Positions 15,309-24,481 of a stretch of DNA of 64,000 nt are shown piece by piece (position 1 is the first letter of the stretch; the number at the start of each line of letters is the position of its first letter). The notes under the pieces are model-generated. The model had not been told where the DNA came from, did not search any database, and was given only the letters and a program-made list of their open reading frames with translations. Position numbers and translations under genes: made by a program. Origin of the DNA: Thermomicrobiales bacterium (GTDB lineage Bacteria > Chloroflexota > Chloroflexia > Thermomicrobiales > CFX8); NCBI GenBank assembly GCA_039810005.1, contig JBDHWD010000003.1, positions 3,078-67,077 of the forward strand, given 5' to 3'.

Positions 15309-18300
15309 ATGTCTCGGCAAGCAATCCTCGATCGACTCGACTGGCGCTCGATCGGCCCAACCCGCGGAGGGCGGGTTACAACGGTCAGCGGCGATCCCGA
15401 TCACGTCGGCACGTTCTATTTCGGCTCCACGGGTGGCGGCGTCTGGAAGACGGATGACGCCGGCTCGACCTGGCAGAACGTCTCCGACGGCTACTTTCGC
15501 CGCGCGTCGGTCGGTGCGATTGCCGTTGCTCCTTCCGATCCGAACGTCATCTACGTCGGCATGGGTGAGACAACCATCCGTGGCAATGTCTCACACGGCG
15601 ATGGCATCTATCGCTCAACCGACGCCGGCCAGACCTGGCAGCACATCGGCCTCGGCGCGGTCCACCATATCGGCCGCGTCGTCGTTCATCCGACGAATCC
15701 GGACCTCGTCTGGGTTGCGGCCTTCGGTCACGCCTGGGGTCCCAGCTCCGACCGGGGCGTCTACCGCTCGAAGGACGGTGGCGCAACCTGGGATCGCGTG
15801 CTTTTCGTCAACGAGCGCACCGGCGCGAACTTCATCGAAATCGACCCGATGAATCCGCGCATCCTGTACGCCTGCTTCTGGGAAGCTCAACGTGGCCCGT
15901 ACTACCTGAACAGCGGCGGACCCGGCAGCGCGATCTTCCGCTCGACCGATGGTGGCGACACCTGGCAGGAGATCACGAAGAACCCCGGTATGCCGCCGGG
16001 CGACAAGGGCAAGATGGAGGTCGCTGTCGCCGCGAACGGCAACCGCATCTGGGCGATCGTTGAGGCCGATCAGTTCGAGAAGCACAACGGCGTGTACCGC
16101 TCGGAAGATCGTGGCGAGACCTGGCAGCAGCTCTCCAGCGACACGAATCTCACCGGCCGGCCATGGTATTTCAACCACATCCGCGCCGATCCGCGCGACC
16201 CCAACACTGTCTGGGTACTGAACTTCGAGATCTGGCGCTCGGTCGACGGCGGCTCAAACTACTCCGTCGTCTCCGGCCCGCACGCCGACTACCACGACCT
16301 GTGGATCGATCCGGTCAATACCGACCGCGCGATCCTCGGCGGCGACGGCGGCGGCTGCGTCAGTTTCAACTACGGACAGAGCTGGTCAACGGTCTACAAC
16401 CAGCCGACTGGCGAGTTCTATCACGCTGCCGTTGACTCTCGGTACCCATATCGCGTCTACGGCGCACAGCAGGACAACACGACGATGAGCGTGCCGAGCC
16501 GCTCGAACACCGACGCGATCGCGATGACCGACTGGTACGAGATTGGCGGCGGTGAGTCCGGTTACATCGCCATCCGACCGGACGACCCGAACATCATCTA
16601 CGCCGGCGCCCAGGCCGGCACGCTCACCCGCTACGACCACGCGCGCGGCCAGAAGCTCGACATCGCCGTCTGGCCCGATAGCAATCGCGGGGCAGGAGCG
16701 GAAGGGTATAAGTTCCGCCCGAACTGGACATCGCCGACCATCCTCGCGCCGGACGATCCCAACGTCCTCTACTACGGCACGAACGTCGTCCATCGTTCAA
16801 CCAGCGAAGGCCGAGCCTGGGACGTCATCTCGCCGGATCTGACCCGCGCCGACCCGGAGACGTTGCACTCCTCTGGTGGTGAGATCACGAAGGACAACAG
16901 CGGCGCTGAGGTGTATGCGACCATCTTCACGATCGCCGTCTCGGCGCTCGATCCGCAGGTGATCTGGGCCGGTTCCGATGACGGCCTCGTCCACGTCTCC
17001 CGCAACGGCGGCGAGACCTGGGAGGGCGCGACCCCGTCAACAATCCCCGACTGGGCCCTGATGAGCCTGATCGACGCGTCGCCGCACGATCCGGCGACTG
17101 CCTGGCTGGCAGCCACGCGCTACAAGCTCAACGACTTTCAACCCTACATTTATGTCACGCGCGACTACGGCAAGAGCTGGACGAAGATCACCAACGGTAT
17201 CCCGACCAATGTCTTCACCCGCGTCGTCCGTGAGGATCCGACCGTGCCCGGCCTGCTCTACGCCGGCACCGAGGTCGGCATCTACGTCTCGTTCGACGCT
17301 GGTGAAAGCTGGCAGCCGATGGGTGGCACCGCGCCAGAGACGGCCCGTCTCGGCCTGCCGGTCGTGCCAATTCATGATCTGTTGATCGTCGGCGACGAGC
17401 TGCTCGTCTGCACGCACGGACGCTCGTTCTGGATTCTGGACGACCTGACGCTCGTGCGCCAGCTGGCCAACGACGACGCGACAGGTAAGGCGCATCTCTT
17501 CCAACCGAAGGACACCGTGCGCTCGAAGCGACTGAGCGGATTTGGCAACAGCGAAACGCCCGATCGCAACTACCTGTTCGTTGGCGGCATCGTTCAAACG
17601 TACGTGTCAGTCACGGACTACTGGGGGCAGAAGCGACGACGCTTCCTCGATGCCGGCAATAACCCCGATGACGGCGTGGTCTTCTACTACAACCTCGCCG
17701 ACGAGCCGAAGGAGCCGATCTCGCTGACGATCCTCGACGCCAACGGCAACGAGGTGCGGTCGTTCAGCAGCAAGCCGAAGAATGGCAGCGGCGACGCGAA
17801 GGAGACGTACATTCCCGCAATCGCCGGGCTGAATCGTTTCGTCTGGGACATGCGCTATCCCGACGCCGTCAGGCTGGTGGCCAAGGGCGGCGACCAGGCC
17901 GCGACGGCTGGGCCGCGTGCTGTGCCGGGTCAATACGAAGCGCGGCTGGTCGTTGGAGACGCGACCTCCTCGCAACCTTTCACCATCCTGAAGGACCCGC
18001 GCTACGATGCGACGCCGGAGGACTTACAGGCGCAGTTCGACTTCCTGATCCAGGTGCGCGACAAGCTCTCCAAGACAAACACCGCGATCAATCGCATCCG
18101 CTCGGCCCGCGATCAGATTGAGCGCTGGATCGAGCGCACGAAGGACAGCGAGGCCGGAGAAACGATCGCGGCTAAGGGCAACGAGATCAAGGACGCGATT
18201 GGCGCGGTCGAAGCGGAACTGATCCAGGTGCGCGCCAACAGCCCGAAGGACACGCTCGCCCTGCCGGTGATGCTCAACTCCAAGCTCGCTCGGGTCGCAA

Positions 18301-18482
18301 ATGCGGCGGCAAGCGCCGACGAGCCGCCGACGCGCCAGGCGCAGGATGTCTTTGCTGAGCTTTCGCAACGCGTTGACGAGCAGGTCGCTCGTGTCAACGA
18401 GACGCTCAAGCGCGAAATACCGGCGTTCAACGCTCTCGTCAACGCGGCCAATCTCGACCCGGTCGTGATTGGCGACGAGTAA
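15309..18482 (+). CDS. Large BNR/Asp-box repeat protein (sortilin/Vps10-like, 1057 aa)
   Basis: At least nine Asp-box repeats (S/T-x-D-x-G-x-T/S-W): TDDAGSTWQ, STDAGQTWQ, SKDGGATWD, STDGGDTWQ, SEDRGETWQ, SRNGGETWE, TRDYGKSWT, SFDAGESWQ. RBS gaaaggaga. Confidence 0.8.
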   Translation: MSRQAILDRLDWRSIGPTRGGRVTTVSGDPDHVGTFYFGSTGGGVWKTDDAGSTWQNVSDGYFRRASVGAIAVAPSDPNVIYVGMGETTIRGNVSHGDGIYRSTDAGQTWQHIGLGAVHHIGRVVVHPTNPDLVWVAAFGHAWGPSSDRGVYRSKDGGATWDRVLFVNERTGANFIEIDPMNPRILYACFWEAQRGPYYLNSGGPGSAIFRSTDGGDTWQEITKNPGMPPGDKGKMEVAVAANGNRIWAIVEADQFEKHNGVYRSEDRGETWQQLSSDTNLTGRPWYFNHIRADPRDPNTVWVLNFEIWRSVDGGSNYSVVSGPHADYHDLWIDPVNTDRAILGGDGGGCVSFNYGQSWSTVYNQPTGEFYHAAVDSRYPYRVYGAQQDNTTMSVPSRSNTDAIAMTDWYEIGGGESGYIAIRPDDPNIIYAGAQAGTLTRYDHARGQKLDIAVWPDSNRGAGAEGYKFRPNWTSPTILAPDDPNVLYYGTNVVHRSTSEGRAWDVISPDLTRADPETLHSSGGEITKDNSGAEVYATIFTIAVSALDPQVIWAGSDDGLVHVSRNGGETWEGATPSTIPDWALMSLIDASPHDPATAWLAATRYKLNDFQPYIYVTRDYGKSWTKITNGIPTNVFTRVVREDPTVPGLLYAGTEVGIYVSFDAGESWQPMGGTAPETARLGLPVVPIHDLLIVGDELLVCTHGRSFWILDDLTLVRQLANDDATGKAHLFQPKDTVRSKRLSGFGNSETPDRNYLFVGGIVQTYVSVTDYWGQKRRRFLDAGNNPDDGVVFYYNLADEPKEPISLTILDANGNEVRSFSSKPKNGSGDAKETYIPAIAGLNRFVWDMRYPDAVRLVAKGGDQAATAGPRAVPGQYEARLVVGDATSSQPFTILKDPRYDATPEDLQAQFDFLIQVRDKLSKTNTAINRIRSARDQIERWIERTKDSEAGETIAAKGNEIKDAIGAVEAELIQVRANSPKDTLALPVMLNSKLARVANAAASADEPPTRQAQDVFAELSQRVDEQVARVNETLKREIPAFNALVNAANLDPVVIGDE

Positions 18483-18578
18483 CGTCATATCCAGCCCGGG
18501 CATCTTTGATTGGGGAGGGCAAATGTGCCCGCCCCACGTCTCGGGGCAGACCCGAGTGATAGCAGGGAGCAACCTGAC

Positions 18579-19544
18579 GTGGCTTCATCACCAGAAGGGA
18601 CAGTCGGAATCGTCGTCGGCAGCGCCAACGCGCGAGTCGGCATGCAGGCCGCGATCGACGTGCTGAAGGATGGGGGCAGCGCGCTCGATGCCGCCATCGC
18701 CGCCGTGCGCTGTGTCGAGGATAACCTGGAGGACTTTGGGGTCGGCACCGGCGGTATCCCGAACCTGCTCGGCGAGGTTGAGCTCGACGCGACGGTCATG
18801 GACGGCAAGACGCTGGCGGCCGGTGCGGTCGGCGCAGTCAAGGGCTACCCGCACCCGATCGACATCGCCCGCAAGGTGATGGAGGAGACGCCGCACGTCA
18901 TGCTCGCCGGCACAGGCGCGGAGCTTTTCGCCGAAGCGCACGGCTTCGAGAAGGCCGAGCTGCTGACGCCGGAAGCCCGCGAGGTCTGGCGCGCCCGCAT
19001 CATCGGCGATGTCGAGACGTCCAGCAACGCCTACGAAGACCAGTACTCGACCTACATGACGACAGTGCGCCACTGGAAAGAGCTCCTGCACGACAAGATC
19101 TTCGGCACGACGAACGTCATCGCGCGCGACCTGCAGGGCAACATCGCCTGCGCTGTCTCAACCTCCGGCTGGGGCTTCAAGTGGCCGGGCCGCCTCGGCG
19201 ACTCGCCGATCATCGGCGCAGGCAACTACGCCGACAATCGCTACGGCTCGGCCGCTTGCACCGGACGCGGCGAGATGGCGATTCGCTGCGCATCGGCCCA
19301 CAGCGTCGTGACCTACCTGCGTTTCGGCATGTCGCTGGAAGAAGCGCTTACGACGGCGATGCAGGATCTCAGCCACCTCGTCGACCCGTACGCCGAGCGC
19401 TCGAACGTCATGAACATCGTCGCGATGGATGCGCTCGGCAATGTCAACGCCGCATCCACCGCCGAGGGTGCGGGCTATGTCGTCCAGACCGTCGAGATGG
19501 ATGAGTTCGAAGAGCGAACGCGAATGGTTGTGCCGCTGGGATAA
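18579..19544 (+). CDS. Ntn-hydrolase isoaspartyl peptidase / L-asparaginase (Asparaginase_2 family)
   Basis: ORF track 18510..19544. GTG 18579 follows AGGGAG. Autoprocessing/nucleophile region IFGTTNVIARD, then STSGWGFKWPGRLGDSPIIGAGNYAD. Confidence 0.8.
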   Translation: MASSPEGTVGIVVGSANARVGMQAAIDVLKDGGSALDAAIAAVRCVEDNLEDFGVGTGGIPNLLGEVELDATVMDGKTLAAGAVGAVKGYPHPIDIARKVMEETPHVMLAGTGAELFAEAHGFEKAELLTPEAREVWRARIIGDVETSSNAYEDQYSTYMTTVRHWKELLHDKIFGTTNVIARDLQGNIACAVSTSGWGFKWPGRLGDSPIIGAGNYADNRYGSAACTGRGEMAIRCASAHSVVTYLRFGMSLEEALTTAMQDLSHLVDPYAERSNVMNIVAMDALGNVNAASTAEGAGYVVQTVEMDEFEERTRMVVPLG

Positions 19545-19559
19545 CGGCAGCGTCCGGAC

Positions 19560-19587
19560 GTCAGCCGCGCCGATTGGCGCGGCTGAC
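19560..19587. terminator. Perfect 12-bp hairpin between convergent genes
   Basis: GTCAGCCGCGCC gatt GGCGCGGCTGAC between 19544 (+ stop) and 19611 (- stop). No U-tract. Confidence 0.5.
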
Positions 19588-19610
19588 TCATCGGCGAGAG
19601 AGCCGGCCGC

Positions 19611-22600
19611 CTAATTCGCCCGCACCACCTCGTCATCCGAGCTCAGCGTGTCCTCGTTCCGCCTGCTGCCCCAGACCTGGACGCCGGTGCCGCCGAAATC
19701 GCCGTCCCAGATCAGGCCCGTGCATTGCCGGCGCAACAGGTTCTTCCAGATTTGTGCATTCTCGAATGTCTCTTCGTCCGACGAGAAGATGCTGAACACC
19801 GACCGCGCTGCGACGACGATGACCTTGCGGCGCGCGCGGCTGAGCGCGACGGTCAGGCGGCGCGGGTCCATCAGGAACTTGCTGGCGGATACCAGATAGT
19901 GCGGGTCGCTCTCGGTCGCGCTGTAGACGATGACCATGCGCTCGTCGCCCTGGAACCGTTCGACCGTATCAACCGACGAGCGCACGATGAGGCCTTCGTC
20001 ATCGCGCTCGGACAGCACCGGTAGCGCCTCCTGTAGCGCGGCGCGTTGCGCTCGGTGCGGCACAACGACGCCGAGCCCCGATCGGCAATCGAGCTCGTAG
20101 ACCTCGGCCAGCGCGTTCAGCACTGGAGCGATGAGCTCCTGCTCAAACTGGTTGCGCAATTGGCTGGCATCCTCGTTGTGGACGACGACGACAATCGGGT
20201 AGTCCGGCGATAGCACCGCTTCGATGAACGTGCCCAGTCCAAGCTGGGATGGAAGCGTCGCGCGCTCACGCGAATGGAAGTCGATGCCGTCCTTCGAGTA
20301 GATCTCGCGGCGCAGGAACTCAGCCATCTCCTCATGCAGGCGGAAGCTGCGGCTGAAGCGAATCGTCGGTGGCTTCTTCTCCATGAGCATCTCGAAGAGC
20401 GATGCGTAGGTTCGGTACTCCTGGAATGTCCGCCGACGCTCGTTGGCCCAGTCGTGCTTGATAATCGGCGGCATCTGGCGATGGTCGCCGACGACGATCA
20501 GATGGCCGTCCGATGCCAGCGCCAGCGACGCGATCAGCGCCAACGGCAAGTTCATCTGCGATGCCTCGTCGATGATCAGGCACTGGAACAGCTCGTGTCC
20601 CAGGAGATCGTTGGCTTTGAACTTCCCGGCTACCAATTGTCGTAGCCCCAGTGGTGTTCCGCCGACGACGCAGTGCTGTTCGCGTTCGATGCGATTCCAG
20701 CTCGTCGCGCTAAAGCTGCCGCTCGGCGTGCGCTGCAACGGGATGATCGACTCCTCCGGCAGATCGCGGGGCAGCACACGGAAGATCGGCACCCTGGTGA
20801 TGGCCGGATGAAAATACTGGCCGGCGATTGTCGGATGACCGGCAATCAGCTCGTCGAGCTGCTGCTGCACATCGACCAGCTTGCTGAGCAGCACGTCGAT
20901 TGCCGCGTGTGTGTGACACGACACCGAGACGCGGAACGGGATGCCCGCCTCGATCGCGCCCTGGATGCGTGCCAGAATGGCGAACGCGGTCGTGAAGCTC
21001 TTGCCGGTTCCGGGTGGCCCCTGCACCATGAGCACCGGAGCATCGCCATGATCGCGCATGTATTCGAGCTTGCTCAGCTCGAAGTCGTTGAGCAGGTCGG
21101 CTTCGTACAGCGCCTGCAGACCAGCAACGAAGCGCTGCTGCCCAACACGGGCAGCCTCCGGCCATGCCGTCGATTCGGGCAGGTTACCGTCGAGCCATCG
21201 ATAGAGCGTGTGCTTGTCGCCCTCGCCCTCCAGCGTCTCGGCGAGCTTCAGCGAGTGTGAGCCAGTCCAGTCGTTGGGATCTCCATCGAGCATATAAAGG
21301 CGGCCATCATCAAACGGCTGATTCTTGCCCGGCATTGTCGAGAAGATGAACTGATCTGCGCCTCTCCCGCCAAAGGAGCGTAGATCAACATTCGCCCAGG
21401 CTCGTCGCGGCTTCCCATCGCCATCGCGATCGACCGACAGGCCGATGAGTGACCCGCGCAACGCATAGAGCATGGACTTTGCTGTCGGTGTGTATTCACG
21501 ATTGTTGAACCCGGGTCGGCTATCAATCTCTGTGCGCGGATTGATGAGTATCGGCGCGTCACTTCGCAGATTCGTAAGCAGTAAGGTCTCTTCGAGACCA
21601 CAATCGGTGTCGGCTATGTCAAGACGCAACCGTACCGGCGACTCAAGTGCGATCGGCTTCACAGAGTTCTTGATCTCTTTCGCGAGCTCCACCTTTTCCC
21701 CCGGTGGAGTCGCTGCCGTCGCGTCGGCCCAGGCCTTTTCCCGCAACGGCAAACGCCGACGATTCTCCTCGTTCGCGATGCGCACATCGGCACTCTGGTC
21801 GTCATCGAAGTAGCGCACCAGCAGCGTCTCGCCGGAGAGGACGCGTTTCTCCGGTGCCGGACTCCGCGCGGCCCGCCAGGCAGACAGTTCCACGAAGCGC
21901 TCGATCAGCACGAACTCCTTGAGCGCCGAGGCCAGCGAGTGCGACTTGCCGTCAAGCAGATGCAGGTCGGGGAGCAGATACGCCGTCTTGGTTGTGTCCT
22001 GATTCGTCGGCAGGTTGTGCGTGATGTGCTCGAGCGCCTCAAGCCGCCGACGCTCGAAACCAGCGAGGTTCGCCGTAGTGATCGCGCCAAAGCGTCGGTA
22101 CTCCCTGGTTTCGGCGACATCCGGCAGCTCGTCCCAGGCACCGTAGGCGTATTCCAGCGGGATCTGGCTGTTGAACCGCGAGCGAGCCATATACCACGAT
22201 GTGTTGTCTTCGGAATCGAACTTGCCCCAGAAGTCGAAGAGTCGGCCGGCGAACAGCTTGCGATACTCCTCCGGCTCATTCCAGTTGAAGCCCAGCCAGG
22301 CCGCAACCGACTGCAAAGACTGACAGACGAACGGGTAGTTGCGATGCTGGCGAATCTCCTCGGACAGGAAGCTGCCGAGCGCCGAGTCGAAGCTCGCCAT
22401 CTGGGTCATGAAGTCGTAGAGCGGCGTCGCCTCAACGATCGTGCGGAAGTGGCGGGCCAGCGCATCAAGCAGCAGCTTCTGCGTCAGTGGCTCCCAGAAG
22501 ATGAGATGCACCGGCGCGCGCGGCTCCCCGTCGGCGTCCGGCGCGGCCACGTCAATGACACCTTTCAGAACCTCGCTGATCCAGTCCACCAGCAGATGCT

Positions 22601-24047
22601 GCTCAGCCGCTTCGGTGTCCGGAGGGCTGTCGGCCAGCCGCACGATCGTGCGTCGCCGCTCCGCGGACTCCTTGCCGTTTTCCGCGCCAACGATGAGCGC
22701 GCCAAGCATGTAGACACGGTTGTGCAGGTAATCCTCCTGCGCATCAATGTAGACCCGCACGAGATTCGGATGCTGCTCTGGCGTGCTGGCCGGCAGCGTG
22801 CCGTAGCCCTTGTCCGGGATGTAGGACGGCGGCTTCTCGCCATCGTGGCGCATGCGAGACCGGTAGCTCCGTGCGCGCAGCACAAGCTCATCGATCCGCG
22901 GCCCGACCGGCCAGGTCGTCGCAGCGACTTCAGCGAGCAGCTCCTGCCCCGGCGCTGCGACAAGCGTGAAATCCGCTGGCGACTTCGGCTGCTTGAGCGC
23001 AGCCAGGTCGGCCACTGTTCGCAGGCCAATCTGCTGCAGGGCAGTCTTGTCAGTCATGGTCAGATGCGGGATGCCCGACAGGTCGTCGTGCTCGTGCGAC
23101 CACTTCATGCAGTACTCGTTGAAGATGCAGCCGTCGCAGTGGCGGCCAATGTGGAACGGGACGTCCTCGAACGGCTGTGCCGCGACCCGCCGCGCCGTCG
23201 AGTGCTCGCCGGTCACCAGATCCTCGACGGCATCAACGTAGTGCTGCGGATCGCGGACGATCTCAAGGTAGCCGACACTCGTGCCAAGCTGGTCGGCAGC
23301 TTCCTGCCGCTGACGCTCCAGTTCGGCACGTTCCTCGTCGGTCAGGGCCGGATCGGGGCTGAGCGATCCACGGAAGAGAATGGCTATCTCGATCCCAGCC
23401 AGCGGTTCATTCGCCTCGGCAAAGATGGCTGAGATCATGACCTGATAGAAAGCGACCTGGAGACGATGTTCGATCTTTGTGGCCCGCGTCGCCTTCATGT
23501 CTGCGATCAGGATCGACAGACGACCTTCGTCGTCGCGCCGCATCCGCAGCACATCGACCGCACCGCGCATTCGCCAGCCATTCACATCGGCCTGCAAACG
23601 CGGCTGAAACAGCAGTGTCGTTTCGCCAGCCGCCAATGCGCGCGCCTGCGCCAGCACGGCGGCGTTGTCGTCGGTCCACGTGCCACGCTCATGCGCCGGC
23701 TGGCGGAAGCTGCGCGATGGAAATGCAGCTGCCGCCTCGGCCTCAATCTGATCCTCAAATTCCAGGCCGGAGCGCGGAAACAGCAACGGGATCTGCTGCG
23801 CTTGCACGCCGTAATCGGCCATGAAGCCGGTCCCGAGCGTCCGCTCGTGCAGGCGGAAGCGCAGGAAGCGTTCGCACTGCTGCAGGCGGACGAAGCGCGC
23901 GACGTCGGTTGGCGCAATCGTGCGCGTCGCGTGCATATCAAGCGGCGGGAGGCAGGGCTCTGGCATTGGTTGGCGCATTCCTGAACTGTCACAGATGGTC
24001 TGAAGGCTAGGATACGCCATTGTCTCGAAACAAGACAGACGATCCAC
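19611..24047 (-). CDS. Fusion protein: N-terminal Cas4/RecB-like PD-(D/E)xK nuclease with Cys cluster, RNase-H-like middle region, C-terminal SF1B (Dna2/Upf1-like) helicase, 1478 aa
   Basis: Nuclease: GAVDVL, ILIADMKAT (DxK), QVAFYQ, and Cys pattern C(QQCERF)...CDGCIFNEYC. Middle: VYIDAQEDYLHNRVYMLGALIV. Helicase: GPPGTGKS (Walker A), IIDEASQM (Walker B), VGDHRQMPP, TVERFQGDE, VALSRARRKV. Start codon uncertain (GTG 24047 or internal ATGs down to 23936). Confidence 0.85.
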   Translation of the reverse strand: MDRLSCFETMAYPSLQTICDSSGMRQPMPEPCLPPLDMHATRTIAPTDVARFVRLQQCERFLRFRLHERTLGTGFMADYGVQAQQIPLLFPRSGLEFEDQIEAEAAAAFPSRSFRQPAHERGTWTDDNAAVLAQARALAAGETTLLFQPRLQADVNGWRMRGAVDVLRMRRDDEGRLSILIADMKATRATKIEHRLQVAFYQVMISAIFAEANEPLAGIEIAILFRGSLSPDPALTDEERAELERQRQEAADQLGTSVGYLEIVRDPQHYVDAVEDLVTGEHSTARRVAAQPFEDVPFHIGRHCDGCIFNEYCMKWSHEHDDLSGIPHLTMTDKTALQQIGLRTVADLAALKQPKSPADFTLVAAPGQELLAEVAATTWPVGPRIDELVLRARSYRSRMRHDGEKPPSYIPDKGYGTLPASTPEQHPNLVRVYIDAQEDYLHNRVYMLGALIVGAENGKESAERRRTIVRLADSPPDTEAAEQHLLVDWISEVLKGVIDVAAPDADGEPRAPVHLIFWEPLTQKLLLDALARHFRTIVEATPLYDFMTQMASFDSALGSFLSEEIRQHRNYPFVCQSLQSVAAWLGFNWNEPEEYRKLFAGRLFDFWGKFDSEDNTSWYMARSRFNSQIPLEYAYGAWDELPDVAETREYRRFGAITTANLAGFERRRLEALEHITHNLPTNQDTTKTAYLLPDLHLLDGKSHSLASALKEFVLIERFVELSAWRAARSPAPEKRVLSGETLLVRYFDDDQSADVRIANEENRRRLPLREKAWADATAATPPGEKVELAKEIKNSVKPIALESPVRLRLDIADTDCGLEETLLLTNLRSDAPILINPRTEIDSRPGFNNREYTPTAKSMLYALRGSLIGLSVDRDGDGKPRRAWANVDLRSFGGRGADQFIFSTMPGKNQPFDDGRLYMLDGDPNDWTGSHSLKLAETLEGEGDKHTLYRWLDGNLPESTAWPEAARVGQQRFVAGLQALYEADLLNDFELSKLEYMRDHGDAPVLMVQGPPGTGKSFTTAFAILARIQGAIEAGIPFRVSVSCHTHAAIDVLLSKLVDVQQQLDELIAGHPTIAGQYFHPAITRVPIFRVLPRDLPEESIIPLQRTPSGSFSATSWNRIEREQHCVVGGTPLGLRQLVAGKFKANDLLGHELFQCLIIDEASQMNLPLALIASLALASDGHLIVVGDHRQMPPIIKHDWANERRRTFQEYRTYASLFEMLMEKKPPTIRFSRSFRLHEEMAEFLRREIYSKDGIDFHSRERATLPSQLGLGTFIEAVLSPDYPIVVVVHNEDASQLRNQFEQELIAPVLNALAEVYELDCRSGLGVVVPHRAQRAALQEALPVLSERDDEGLIVRSSVDTVERFQGDERMVIVYSATESDPHYLVSASKFLMDPRRLTVALSRARRKVIVVAARSVFSIFSSDEETFENAQIWKNLLRRQCTGLIWDGDFGGTGVQVWGSRRNEDTLSSDDEVVRAN

Positions 24048-24249
24048 GCTTTCCAGCGACCATCGAGCCGATATGACAGTCCCGCTGCTGGCCCGGAGGA
24101 CAGGTACAAAGCCATCCCGAGTGACGGCGTGCCAGCACAGCGACCATCATATTCTCTGTGTCAGACGGTGAGCGGCAACGAAGCCGCACGACTCGCAAGG
24201 GTGCGGGACGTCGATGGGACGCTCATTGATGAGACGAAAGGACAGCGCC

Positions 24250-24348
24250 ATGGATCCGTATACCGCAGGCAGGCTGCTCGATTACAACCGCCAGGAGCTG
24301 GTAAAGCTGCGCGGTTTCCGGAAGTGGAGCGAGTTCTTCCGGAGGTAG
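24250..24348 (+). CDS. Candidate small basic ORF (32 aa; up to 44 aa from ATG 24214)
   Basis: MDPYTAGRLLDYNRQELVKLRGFRKWSEFFRR. AAAGGA sits 7 nt upstream of ATG 24250. A strong intrinsic terminator follows 24 nt after the stop. Too short for the ORF track; no family recognised. Confidence 0.3.
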   Translation: MDPYTAGRLLDYNRQELVKLRGFRKWSEFFRR

Positions 24349-24371
24349 TCCAATGCAAGCGCCAACAGGAT

Positions 24372-24406
24372 AACGGGATGAGCCTTGACGCTCATCCCGT
24401 TTTTCG
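24372..24406 (+). terminator. Rho-independent terminator
   Basis: AACGGGATGAGC cttgac GCTCATCCCGTT followed by TTTTCG (12-bp perfect stem). Confidence 0.65.
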
Positions 24407-24481
24407 TGTGCCCCGGTCTTGCGTTGCGTCCTGACAGTGATTCAATCTCAGAGGGAAATGACCGATTGTGAGGAGTCCTGA

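Noticed and set aside
19648-23984. Many long plus-strand ORFs inside the helicase gene (e.g. 21939..23432, 497 aa). Similar antisense ORFs lie opposite mreB (40024..41052), murT (37658..38608), the M20 genes (53551..54588, 54604..55341), modB/modC (27484..28584) and others.
   Set aside because: These are typical high-GC shadow frames. They are Arg/Ala/Gly/Pro-rich, have no recognisable motifs and no RBS, and each lies fully antisense to a gene with strong family signatures.
24129-24434. 101-aa track ORF in the helicase/glgX gap
   Set aside because: It reads through the strong terminator hairpin and has no RBS and shadow-like composition. The shorter frame at 24250-24348 fits the RBS and terminator better, though it too is only a candidate.
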